From Candidatus Campbellbacteria bacterium GW2011_OD1_34_28 (GTDB lineage Bacteria; Patescibacteriota; Minisyncoccia; Phycocordibacterales; UBA12079): a stretch of 64,000 nucleotides of DNA. The stretch's first letter is position 1. Each line of letters starts with the position of its first letter. Of the stretch, positions 1 through 8,597 are shown piece after piece. Location of the stretch: positions 490,303 through 554,302 of the forward strand of contig CP011215.1 of the NCBI GenBank assembly GCA_001029775.1, written 5' to 3'. The notes below the pieces were generated by a model. It made no database searches, had not been told where the DNA came from, and saw only the letters and a list, made by a program, of their open reading frames with translations. Made by a program: the position numbers and the translations under genes.

Positions 1-117
1 TCCATTTATGGAAACAGCAAAGTTTTTGATTAATTATTATGAAATACCGCCAGACAGATAATTTTGCAAAATTATCTGTCTGGCAAGTGCAAAGTAGTAA
101 GGAGTAAGTATTAAGTT

Positions 118-1389
118 ATGAAAAAGATTTTTAAAAAAGCAATAGTTTACATATTGATGCTCGAAGCCCGAGCGGTTCTTTGGAAGTACAAACCAAAGAT
201 TGTTGCTGTAACAGGAAGTGTCGGAAAGACAACCACCAAAGATACTATATATACTGTTTTAAGCTCTGCATTTTTTGTAAGAAAAAGCGAAAAAAGTTTT
301 AACAGTGAAATCGGAGTGCCTCTCAGTATTTTGGGTGTTCAAAATGGAGGGAATAATCCTGTTATTTGGCTTAAAAATATTTTTGAGGGATTGGTTTTGA
401 TTTTGTTTAAAAATCATTATCCGATGTGGTTGGTTTTGGAAGTAGGCGCTGATAAACCTGGAGATATAGAATATATTGCAAAATGGCTGAAACCAGATAT
501 CGCTGTAATAACTCGTTTTGCAGAGATTCCTGCTCATGTTGAATATTTTGAATCTCCAAAAGATGTGATTGAAGAAAAGAAAAAACTGGTTGAGTATATG
601 CAGAAAGATGGATTTTTGATTTTAAATTTTGACGACAAACAAGTTTTTGAAATAAAAGAAGAATACAACAGAAAGACTGTGACATATGGTATGGAAGATG
701 GCGCAGATATCAAAGGATCAAATAATTTGTTCTTGTACGAAGATAAAAAAGTTGTTGGGATCACTTTCAAAGCCAATCAAAACGGAACAAGTATCCCTGT
801 AAACATAAAAGGATCTTTGGGAGTTCAACATATTTATCCTGCGCTCTCTGCTTTTGCTGTGGGATTTTCTCAAGGACTTAATTTGGTTTCAATGTCGCAA
901 GCACTTTCTTCCGATCACAAATCACAACCAGGAAGAATGAAATTGATTGATGGAATAAATAACTCAACTATCATTGATGACTCATATAATTCTTCGCCTC
1001 TGGCTGTTCGTTGGGCACTAAGGACTGTAAAAGAAATTGAAACTAGTGGTAGAAAAATTGCTGTCCTTGGGGACATGATGGAGTTGGGAAAATATACTTC
1101 GGATGAACACAAAAAAATAGGAAATCTGACAGCCGATGTTTGTGATGTATTGATAGCGGTAGGATTGCGTTCGAAAAGCACGATTGAGGGTGCAGTGGAA
1201 TCTGGAATGAATGAAAAAAATATTTTGCATTTTGAAGACTCTGTTTTGGCAGGGGAATATATGAAAAATTTTGTTAAAGAGGGAGATGTTATTTTGGTAA
1301 AAGGTTCTCGTTGGGCGATGCGAATGGAGAGGGTAGTTGAGAGAATAATGGAGCATCCTGAAAAAGCAGACGAGTTGTTAGTTAGATAA
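118..1389 (+). CDS. murF: UDP-N-acetylmuramoyl-tripeptide--D-alanyl-D-alanine ligase
   Basis: 423-aa ORF; Mur-ligase ATP loop VTGSVGKTTTKD; MurF-like C-terminal region. Confidence 0.85.
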   Translation: MKKIFKKAIVYILMLEARAVLWKYKPKIVAVTGSVGKTTTKDTIYTVLSSAFFVRKSEKSFNSEIGVPLSILGVQNGGNNPVIWLKNIFEGLVLILFKNHYPMWLVLEVGADKPGDIEYIAKWLKPDIAVITRFAEIPAHVEYFESPKDVIEEKKKLVEYMQKDGFLILNFDDKQVFEIKEEYNRKTVTYGMEDGADIKGSNNLFLYEDKKVVGITFKANQNGTSIPVNIKGSLGVQHIYPALSAFAVGFSQGLNLVSMSQALSSDHKSQPGRMKLIDGINNSTIIDDSYNSSPLAVRWALRTVKEIETSGRKIAVLGDMMELGKYTSDEHKKIGNLTADVCDVLIAVGLRSKSTIEGAVESGMNEKNILHFEDSVLAGEYMKNFVKEGDVILVKGSRWAMRMERVVERIMEHPEKADELLVR

Positions 1390-1410
1390 AAAGCAGGTTT
1401 TTTGAGAAAA

Positions 1411-1450
1411 AGGCCGATTTTTGGAAAAAGCCCAAAAATCGGCCTTTTAT
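1411..1450 (+). terminator. intrinsic terminator after murF
   Basis: hairpin AGGCCGATTTTTGG/CCAAAAATCGGCCTT followed by T-run. Confidence 0.6.
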
Positions 1451-1560
1451 TGACCAAAAAACTTGACTTTTGAAAACTAATGTTTTATATTCAGAAGAGG
1501 AGTGTTCATTCATAAAACCCAATTTTTTCAACGATATTTTATTGTTCTAGGAGGAAAAAA

Positions 1561-2175
1561 ATGAAACGAATGTTTGAAGGAACCATGTCAATATTGCTTG
1601 CCATCGCCACTCTTTGGCTGATGTCGGATTTGTATCGACAAAGGATCGAGGGGAGAAAGGCAGAAAAGGCTGGTGTTGTTCAGTTGGAGGGAAAAACTGA
1701 GCAGACCCAACAAGGTCCAAAAATCCACGAAGTGGCGAAGGGGAACACTTTGTTTTCCATCGCTCAGCGCTACGCGGTTTCCGTTGAAGCACTGAAAAAA
1801 GCCAACGGATTTTCTCACAGTCGCGATACTTTGTATCCGCGACAACTTCTCGTCATTCCAAAAACAAAGTATGTGGACGAACAGGTTCTTGCTTCTTGGT
1901 ATGGACCAGGATTCCATGGACGGAAAATGGCGAATGGCAAACGGTTTGATCAAAACGATCCAACCGTCGCCGCACACAAAACTTTGCCCCTCGGGACGAA
2001 GTTGCGCGTGACCAGTAAGGACACGGGCAAAAGTATTATTGTTGAAGTTCAGGATCGTGGCCCCTATATTTGGGGTCGTGAACTTGATCTGTCTATGGCG
2101 GCGATGAGGAGAATCGAACCGTTACAGAAAGGGGTTGTTGAGGTGCAGATCGAGACAATTTATCCCAGAGGATAA
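1561..2175 (+). CDS. LysM domain + RlpA-like double-psi beta-barrel protein (septal lytic transglycosylase family)
   Basis: N-terminal TM; LysM (GNTLFSIAQRYAVSVEALKKANG); RlpA motif WYGPGFHGRKMANGKRFD...TAAHKTLPLGTKLRVT...VQDRGPY; GC clearly higher than neighbours; strong RBS AGGAGG. Confidence 0.7.
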   Translation: MKRMFEGTMSILLAIATLWLMSDLYRQRIEGRKAEKAGVVQLEGKTEQTQQGPKIHEVAKGNTLFSIAQRYAVSVEALKKANGFSHSRDTLYPRQLLVIPKTKYVDEQVLASWYGPGFHGRKMANGKRFDQNDPTVAAHKTLPLGTKLRVTSKDTGKSIIVEVQDRGPYIWGRELDLSMAAMRRIEPLQKGVVEVQIETIYPRG

Positions 2176-2195
2176 ATCGAAGTCTCGGTTTGTTA

Positions 2196-2230
2196 AAAAG
2201 CTCTGCGCTTGCGCAGAGCTTTTATTTTTT
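2196..2230 (+). terminator. intrinsic terminator
   Basis: AAAAGCTCTGCGC-TTGC-GCGCAGAGCTTTT + T-run. Confidence 0.65.
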
Positions 2231-2324
2231 CGTCGTTTTTAGATATCTTTTTTATTTTATAAAATAAAAAATTGAAAGTTTTAACGACCGTGGGTTAAAC
2301 ATATTAACTTGGTTGGTAAATTTT

Positions 2325-2400
2325 GTGCATTAAGAAACGATCGTTTCTTAATGCACAAAAGAAAATAGCTTTTATTTGCTATAGCAAATAAAAGCTATTT
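2325..2400. repeat. two adjacent perfect palindromes (32 nt and 38 nt)
   Basis: GTGCATTAAGAAACGATCGTTTCTTAATGCAC and AAATAGCTTTTATTTGCTATAGCAAATAAAAGCTATTT. Confidence 0.6.
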
Positions 2401-2566
2401 TTATAAAATTTATGTACCACAGGTTAAAGACAAAAAGTCTGTTGATAAAAAGGTAGAGGGCATTTGAATTATTTTTTAACTGGCAAATTTATCGTATTTA
2501 TGGTTATATTTTGTTAGATTAGTGTAGGAATCCAGCGTTAACCAATTTAGGGAGGTAAACAAACAT

Positions 2567-2764
2567 ATGGCTCTGATAATGATTCCGATTGAAGTTCCTG
2601 ATGAGGATGATTGTAAACACCCAAATGGTGAAGTCTGCCGACTTTTTCATTGGGGTCACGAAGATGAGCCTTTTTGTCGAGGATGGAAGGGCGAATTTAA
2701 GATTCAGAATTTCAAAAAACATTCTATGTGTAGAAACTCAACAATCAGAGCGAGGTTAGGATGA
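2567..2764 (+). CDS. small Cys-rich protein (paralog 1 of tandem pair)
   Basis: 65-aa ORF with RBS GGGAGG; motif C-x-H-x3-G-x2-C-x-LF-x-WG...C-x-GW shared with the next ORF. Confidence 0.4.
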   Translation: MALIMIPIEVPDEDDCKHPNGEVCRLFHWGHEDEPFCRGWKGEFKIQNFKKHSMCRNSTIRARLG

Positions 2765-2994
2765 AGATTCATGCAGAAGTAAATATTCCCTCGAGAAATA
2801 CTTGCCGGCATTCAAGTGGGCAGTTGTGTTGTCTTTTTAATCACGGAATTAATGGGCACCCTACTTGTTGGGGATGGAACAATTTGCCGATCATCGATCT
2901 GAAAAAGACCGTAGAGTGTTTGACCTACGGAGTCGAATCGTACAGACCGCGTGGTTTTTTAGACAAACATTATTCAAAACATCACGGTCAATAA
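2761..2994 (+). CDS. small Cys-rich protein (paralog 2, overlaps upstream stop by 4 nt)
   Basis: 77-aa ORF; same Cys/Gly/Trp motif as 2567..2764; followed by a strong terminator. Confidence 0.4.
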   Translation: MKIHAEVNIPSRNTCRHSSGQLCCLFNHGINGHPTCWGWNNLPIIDLKKTVECLTYGVESYRPRGFLDKHYSKHHGQ

Positions 2995-3001
2995 AATCAG
3001 T

Positions 3002-3040
3002 CCCGTGTCGTCTGCAAGCGACACGGGGCTTTATTTTTTT
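3002..3040 (+). terminator. intrinsic terminator
   Basis: CCCGTGTCG...CGACACGGG hairpin + TTTATTTTTTT. Confidence 0.7.
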
Positions 3041-3533
3041 AATCTATTCTTAAATAAATTTTTCTACCGGTTTCTTTTTCAAGATTACGCGCCAGATTGA
3101 GGCCTTCTTTTGATGTAGGCCAAGCAAATACTTTTAAATCTTTTGTTTTTTCAAATCTGCTGATTGCTTCTAATGTCATTTCTTTAGCATATCCTTTGTT
3201 CCTATATTCAGGAGCAGTGACAATTGCACATAAATACAAAGCATCGTATTCCGTATTTGGTTTTGTTTGTTCAAAAAGCTCTTTTTCGTTTATTTCTTTT
3301 GCAAGAAATTTGTCCATTATTTCTGTTGATGTTGGTATTGTAACAACCCATGAAATCAAATTTTCTTTTTCATCTATTTTATACAACAAAGAATCATCAC
3401 TTAACTTTTTAAGTTTTTTCCGACTTTCTTCATTAATAGGCATTTGGTTTGGGTCTTCTGCGGACTTGAAAATAGACTCGGCAATTTCTCGTGCCTGTTT
3501 AATAATTTTTTCGCTGGGTGAATTGGTTATCAT
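3039..3533 (-). CDS. putative GNAT-family acetyltransferase
   Basis: 164 aa; C-terminal segment LCAIVTAPEYRNKGYAKEM resembles GNAT acetyl-CoA binding motif; weak. Confidence 0.4.
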   Translation of the reverse strand: MITNSPSEKIIKQAREIAESIFKSAEDPNQMPINEESRKKLKKLSDDSLLYKIDEKENLISWVVTIPTSTEIMDKFLAKEINEKELFEQTKPNTEYDALYLCAIVTAPEYRNKGYAKEMTLEAISRFEKTKDLKVFAWPTSKEGLNLARNLEKETGRKIYLRID

Positions 3534-3674
3534 TTTGTAAGTTTTATTTTAATGACGATATAATATCACATGATAATAAATAGTCACTTTTTAAATATTG
3601 CATTGAAAAAGTTAAGTTTTCTGTTAATATTCTAATTATTAAATATTATGGTCCCGTTTTTTCTAATAACTAAA

Positions 3675-3718
3675 ACCTGCCTGCCGTGTCGTTGCTTTTC
3701 TTTCAGAAAAGAGGCAGG
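3675..3718. repeat. 44-nt exact repeat, copy 1 (hairpin-forming; second copy at 46239..46282)
   Basis: ACCTGCCTGCCGTGTCGTTGCTTTTCTTTCAGAAAAGAGGCAGG identical at both loci; outer CCTGCC/GGCAGG stem and inner CTTTTC/GAAAAG stem. Confidence 0.8.
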
Positions 3719-3741
3719 ACTAATGGCTATAAACTTAATAC

Positions 3742-3813
3742 GGCCCTATCGTCTAACGGTTAGGACATCGCCTTCTCAAGGCGGGAATCAGAGTTCGATT
3801 CTCTGTAGGGTCA
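3742..3813 (+). tRNA. tRNA-Glu (anticodon CTC)
   Basis: hand-folded cloverleaf: acceptor GGCCCTA/TAGGGTC, anticodon loop TTCTCAA, T-loop TTCGATT; no encoded CCA. Confidence 0.85.
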
Positions 3814-3827
3814 CAAATCGCAAAAAA

Positions 3828-3864
3828 GAAACGCCAGTTCGAAAGAACTGGCGTTTCTTTTTTA
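3828..3864 (+). terminator. intrinsic terminator after tRNA-Glu
   Basis: AAACGCCAGTTC-GAAA-GAACTGGCGTTT + TTTTTT. Confidence 0.7.
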
Positions 3865-4028
3865 GAAAAGCAAACTGCTTTGCTTTTCGGCGATTTGTGA
3901 AGCCGGAGGCATAATTTTTCGAGCATCACGAGAAAAATAGCCGAGGCGAGGTCGACAAGTACTTAGATATTTTAGAACCCGAAGGGTTTTTAAATATTTA
4001 GTAACTTGTGACCACACAGATTTAGTCA
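3865..4028 (+). repeat. tRNA 3'-flank structured repeat element (Glu-CTC copy)
   Basis: GCAAACTGCTTTGC hairpin, GATTTGTGA (inverted copy of tRNA 3' end/trailer), core GAAGCCGGAGGC, variable hairpin, ACTTAGATATTTT...AAATATTTAGT hairpin, terminal TTGTGACCACACAGA; very similar to 44340..44565. Confidence 0.6.
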
Positions 4029-4115
4029 GTATTGAATACTTGGAAATACTGTCTATATAGTTTTTGACTCAATGGCTCAACGAGTTGAGCCGTTGATATA
4101 TGATACAATTTTAAA

Positions 4116-4919
4116 ATGATTGGAAAAAATTATTATATTTATGTTCTTGCTTTGTTTGTCTTGGCAACTATTTTTTTATTTGGTTTGAAAGAAGAAAAAA
4201 ATTTTGAAAATATGACAACTATTGAAGAAATTGAAGCTCGTATCTCAGGCATAGGTATAAAAAATGAAAACAGAGGTTTTTGGTGGAATAGTGGGGATGG
4301 CTATAATATTTTTGTTCCTGCTGATGAATCTGTGACAATTATAAAGACGGGAGTAGCTCCTGTTGAAAGAGACCTCGTCGCGAGAAAATATTTTGATGAA
4401 GAAGGTTCTTTGGCTGATTTGGTTCTTATGAATCGTCATTTTATTTTCAATATAGAAAATTCTTCAACCAGTACCTCTGATAAAAAATTTTATGATTATG
4501 TTCAATCTTATGAAAATGGTGATGAAAAATGTTCGGTAATAGTAAATCCTGATTTTATGTCATATCCAAAAATTATTGATATGGGATACAGTATGTCGGT
4601 AGTTTGTGGAAATGATTTTGAAAAAGCGAAAGATGAACAGGCCCCTCTTATTGATTCTCTCGGTTTAAAAAATACGAAAAATGTTGTGATTTTGAAAAAC
4701 AGAATGGGAGATTTTTTGAAAGTTGGAATATCGAGTGTTAGAAGTGGGGGATATGCAATTTTAAAAAAAGAAGGAGAAAATTATCGGGTATTATTTAAGG
4801 GACAAGAGGACCCTTTTTGCAATCTGATTAAAGAAGAAAATATTCCAGAAAATATTTTAAAAAGTTTTGGCATCAACGGTTGTTTTATAGATGGTGCAGA
4901 ACATAAATTTTTTGAGTAA
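4116..4919 (+). CDS. hypothetical membrane-anchored/secreted protein
   Basis: 267 aa; N-terminal hydrophobic helix; no recognisable motif. Confidence 0.45.
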   Translation: MIGKNYYIYVLALFVLATIFLFGLKEEKNFENMTTIEEIEARISGIGIKNENRGFWWNSGDGYNIFVPADESVTIIKTGVAPVERDLVARKYFDEEGSLADLVLMNRHFIFNIENSSTSTSDKKFYDYVQSYENGDEKCSVIVNPDFMSYPKIIDMGYSMSVVCGNDFEKAKDEQAPLIDSLGLKNTKNVVILKNRMGDFLKVGISSVRSGGYAILKKEGENYRVLFKGQEDPFCNLIKEENIPENILKSFGINGCFIDGAEHKFFE

Positions 4920-4962
4920 ATTAATTTCAAGGAAAAACAAACCACTCACTACCAATTACAAA

Positions 4963-7900
4963 CTAGTCTAGTTTCTTAACACTATCCACAATCAAACTAG
5001 TTTCGCCATTTCGTTTGGAGATTTTTCCTTTTAGAGCGATTGTTGTGTCTTCTAAAATAATATCTTTGAATTGCTCGTATGTTTTTGGAAAGACAACAGT
5101 TTCCATCGTTCCTGTAAAATCAGAAATTCGCACAAATGCCATTTTTGAAGAACCTTTTTTGGTCAAAATTTCTTTTACTTCATCTACAAGTCCCGCCACA
5201 GCAGTTGTTGTCCCTTCGGGAACAGTTTCGGAAATACTTTTTATATTTTTTCCATCTTTCCCCAAAATATTTCTGTATTTATCCAACGGATGTCCCGAGA
5301 TATACAATCCCAACAATTCTTTTTCCCATGCCAATTTTTCTTTCATCTCGGCAGGGTCAGTCTTTTTTAACTTAAGTTGTGGAACATTACTGTCTTCTTG
5401 CATCAATCCAAACAAAGAGTCTTGATCTTTGTGTTGATGAGCTTTCTCTTTGTTGTATGCCAACAAGTCTTCCATGTTTGCAAGAATTTCTCCTCTTTCT
5501 CCAAAATTATCCATCGCTCCGCATTTTGTCAGCGCTTCTAGTGATTTCTTATTCAAATTTCTGTCTTGTATTCTTTCTAGGAAATCAGCGAGCGATTTAA
5601 ACTTTCCATTTTTTGTTCGCTCTTCAATAATCACATTGGCAATTCCTTCGCCAAAATTTTTGATTGTTTGTAATCCAAAACGAATTGCTTCACTTGGAAG
5701 ACCTGTTTCCAAGTCGGTGGTTTCTACAATAGTAAAGTCGGTAAAACTTTCGTTTATGTTAGGAGAAAGAACTGGGATTTTTAGTCTTTTACATTCACCA
5801 ATTATTTCGGCTACTTTTTCTGTGTCTCCCGAGTCCGCCATCAACAAGGCTGTCATATATTCAATAGGGAAGTTTGCCTTCATGTATGAAGTTTCGTAAG
5901 CCACTCGTCCATAACTGGCGGCGTGCGCTTTGTTAAATCCATAAGCGGCAAAGGTTTCAATCTTTGCCCAAAGCTCGTTGATTGTTTTTTCGCTCACACC
6001 GTTTGCTAAACATCCTTTGTAAAATTTTTCTTTTTGTTCTTGCATCAATTCTGGAATCTTCTTTCCGATTGCTTTTCTAAATTTGTCTACTTCCAACCAA
6101 GAATACCCCGCCAATTCAATCGCGGTTAAAAGAATGTCATCTTGATAGGTGATTACTCCAAAAGATTTATCCAAAATCTTTTCTAGCTTTGGATGTAGAT
6201 ATTTTATTTTTCTTGGATCATTTTTTCTCTCAATATACTCTGGGATAAATTCCATCGGACCTGGACGATACAAGGCAACAGCGGCGTTGATGTCGTTGAT
6301 GCTTGATGGTTTCATATCCATAATTACTTTTGTCATACCTCCACCTGACAACTGAAAACATCCAACAGTGTGTCCTTTGGCAAGCATTTCGTAAGTCTTT
6401 TCGTTGTTTAAATCTACATTATCCAAATCAACACTGATACCGCGGAATTTTTTTACCAATTCAACAGAGTTGGAAAGTATAGAAAGATTTTTGATTCCCA
6501 AGATATCAAATTTTGGTAGGTTTACGACACCGTCACGGTCTCCTGTATACATATCGTATTGAGTAATAATCTGTTCATCTTTATCAAACTGAACAGGACT
6601 GTAATCGTCTATACGAGTAGGGGAAATCAGCACACCAGCAGCGTGAGTAGAAATGTGTCTGGCACAACCTTCAATTTTTTTTGCATATTTAATTATCTCT
6701 TGAACATCTTTGTTTTCTTTATGAAGTTTTCTCAGATCTTCTTCCATCTCGAGAGCCCTTTCTATCGTCATTGGGAAACCCTGTGAACCCATCGGGATTA
6801 ATTTTGCTATCTGATCCCCCAATGTATAGGGGTGTCCCAAAGCACGGGTCACATCTCGCACCGCTCCGCGAGCTGCCATCGTACCGAATGTTCCTATCTG
6901 AGCAACCGCTTTTCCACCATATTTGCTCTTTAGATAGGCAATCACATCATCTCTACGAATGTCGGCAATATCCACGTCGATATCAGGAATACCAGGTCTT
7001 TGTGGATTCATAAATCTTTCAAAAGGTAGTTTTAATTCAAGAGGATTTACTTTCGTAATAAAGTTTAAATAAGAGACAAGACTTCCAGCAGCCGAACCTC
7101 TGGTGTTTGTATAAATACCCACACTTCTTGCGTGTTGAATTAAATCTGCCACGATTAAAAAGTAAGACGAGTAGCCTTTGTTTTTGATGATCTCCAATTC
7201 ATATTCAATACGATCAACAAGTTCTTGTGTTTTTTCTAAGCCTCTTTTTTCTATACCTGCATAGGTTTCTTTTTTTAGTTGTGTGTCATAAGTTTCGCCA
7301 TCTGGTATTGCGATGCTGGGAAAGGTCCAAGAGTCTAGGTCCAATTCCAAATAACACATCTTTAATATTTTTTCTATGTTTTCTATTGCATCGGGTGTGT
7401 CCTTAAAATATTCTTCTGCTTGTTTTGGAGTGATAAAAGAAAAATCGTCGTTTTCTCCACCAAAAGATTTTCCTGCCGATGTTTGTACCGACATTAAAAT
7501 GTTTCTTGCTCGACTGTCTTGTTTATCCAGATAATATACATCATGAGAGGCAACTAACGGGATATCCAATTTTTTTCCAAGATTGATTATTTTTTCTTTC
7601 AGTTCAAGAGACCCTTCTATTTCTGGGTGATGGGTGATTTCTAAATAAAAATTTTTAAATCTCTCCTGATACCATTTTGCGATTTCTTCTGCTTTCGTAA
7701 AGTTGTTTACTTTGAGAGCTTGAGAAATTTCTCCACTAAAATGAGGAGAGATACAAATCATTCCGGCGCTGTGATTTTCTATCAGCTCTTTGTCTATTCT
7801 GGGTTTGTAATAAAAACCTTCCAAATTGGATTTTGTTACCAGCTTGATCAAGTTTTTATAACCGCTTTCGTTTTTGGCAAGCATCACGAGACGACTTCTG

Positions 7901-8187
7901 CGGTTGTCTATTCCGGGTTCTTTGTCATGTCTGGTTCTAGTTGCTACATAAAAATCAACTCCAAGAATAGGAGTGATTCCTGCTTTTTTGCAGGCTTTGT
8001 AAAATTCTATCGTGCCGTACATATTTCCGTCGTCGGTCAAAGCCAAAGCTGTCATATTATTTTCTTTTGCTTTTTTAATTAAATCGGGAATCTGAGGAAG
8101 CGCATTCAAAAGACTATAGTGGCTGTGGGTGTGGAGATGGGTGAATTTTGACATAGGTCTATTATAAATTAAAAATTGAAATCTCAA
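4963..8187 (-). CDS. dnaE: DNA polymerase III alpha subunit
   Basis: 1074 aa; N-terminal PHP domain HLHTHSHYSLL; polymerase core and C-terminal OB domain. Confidence 0.9.
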   Translation of the reverse strand: MRFQFLIYNRPMSKFTHLHTHSHYSLLNALPQIPDLIKKAKENNMTALALTDDGNMYGTIEFYKACKKAGITPILGVDFYVATRTRHDKEPGIDNRRSRLVMLAKNESGYKNLIKLVTKSNLEGFYYKPRIDKELIENHSAGMICISPHFSGEISQALKVNNFTKAEEIAKWYQERFKNFYLEITHHPEIEGSLELKEKIINLGKKLDIPLVASHDVYYLDKQDSRARNILMSVQTSAGKSFGGENDDFSFITPKQAEEYFKDTPDAIENIEKILKMCYLELDLDSWTFPSIAIPDGETYDTQLKKETYAGIEKRGLEKTQELVDRIEYELEIIKNKGYSSYFLIVADLIQHARSVGIYTNTRGSAAGSLVSYLNFITKVNPLELKLPFERFMNPQRPGIPDIDVDIADIRRDDVIAYLKSKYGGKAVAQIGTFGTMAARGAVRDVTRALGHPYTLGDQIAKLIPMGSQGFPMTIERALEMEEDLRKLHKENKDVQEIIKYAKKIEGCARHISTHAAGVLISPTRIDDYSPVQFDKDEQIITQYDMYTGDRDGVVNLPKFDILGIKNLSILSNSVELVKKFRGISVDLDNVDLNNEKTYEMLAKGHTVGCFQLSGGGMTKVIMDMKPSSINDINAAVALYRPGPMEFIPEYIERKNDPRKIKYLHPKLEKILDKSFGVITYQDDILLTAIELAGYSWLEVDKFRKAIGKKIPELMQEQKEKFYKGCLANGVSEKTINELWAKIETFAAYGFNKAHAASYGRVAYETSYMKANFPIEYMTALLMADSGDTEKVAEIIGECKRLKIPVLSPNINESFTDFTIVETTDLETGLPSEAIRFGLQTIKNFGEGIANVIIEERTKNGKFKSLADFLERIQDRNLNKKSLEALTKCGAMDNFGERGEILANMEDLLAYNKEKAHQHKDQDSLFGLMQEDSNVPQLKLKKTDPAEMKEKLAWEKELLGLYISGHPLDKYRNILGKDGKNIKSISETVPEGTTTAVAGLVDEVKEILTKKGSSKMAFVRISDFTGTMETVVFPKTYEQFKDIILEDTTIALKGKISKRNGETSLIVDSVKKLD

Positions 8188-8269
8188 AATTTAAAGTCTT
8201 GTTTTGTTTTTTAATATTTAGTATATTTAATGATAAGGAAGTTGAAAATCTCTTCTAAATGCCAGAAAT

Positions 8270-8497
8270 AAGAGATGAGAGGGTAAATGCCCAGACCGAA
8301 TGCTAAGTACTCTGTTGATTGATGCCATTATGTAGAGAATGCTACTAGTGGCTTATATCATTGGAGACTAACGACGCATCGGACGATACCAAAGTTAGGT
8401 ACTGCTTTTTTCTTCGGATAGAGCAATCTGGCCCAATAACTTTGGATTGATGTCGTGGTACACTTCCTTTCTTTTGTAGACCGTCCTCTCGGGGACG
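8270..8497 (+). ncRNA. candidate structured small RNA (unclassified) with intrinsic terminator
   Basis: GC-richer, non-coding in all frames, in the divergent dnaE/rnhB intergenic region; ends with GACCGTCCTCTCGGGGACGGTTTTTTT; no RNase P, SRP or tmRNA motifs seen. Confidence 0.3.
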
Positions 8498-8597
8498 GTT
8501 TTTTTATTGTATGATTTTCAATGTTTAAATTTATTTCTTAAATCGCATCATAATTTAGTTTGGCTTATATTCATAGAAATAGTTATAATTTATCTCA

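Noticed and set aside
5015-8082. Multiple plus-strand ORFs inside dnaE (for example 5450..5899 and 7720..8082)
   Set aside because: They are antisense to a well-supported 1074-aa dnaE. These are typical shadow ORFs.
8270-8497. RNase P RNA, SRP RNA or tmRNA in the dnaE-rnhB intergenic region
   Set aside because: It is too short for RNase P. There is no GGAAGCAGC (SRP domain IV), no AGGAAAGUCC/ACAGAAUCCGGCUUA (RNase P) and no tRNA-like 3' end with a tag ORF (tmRNA). It is left as an unclassified ncRNA candidate.
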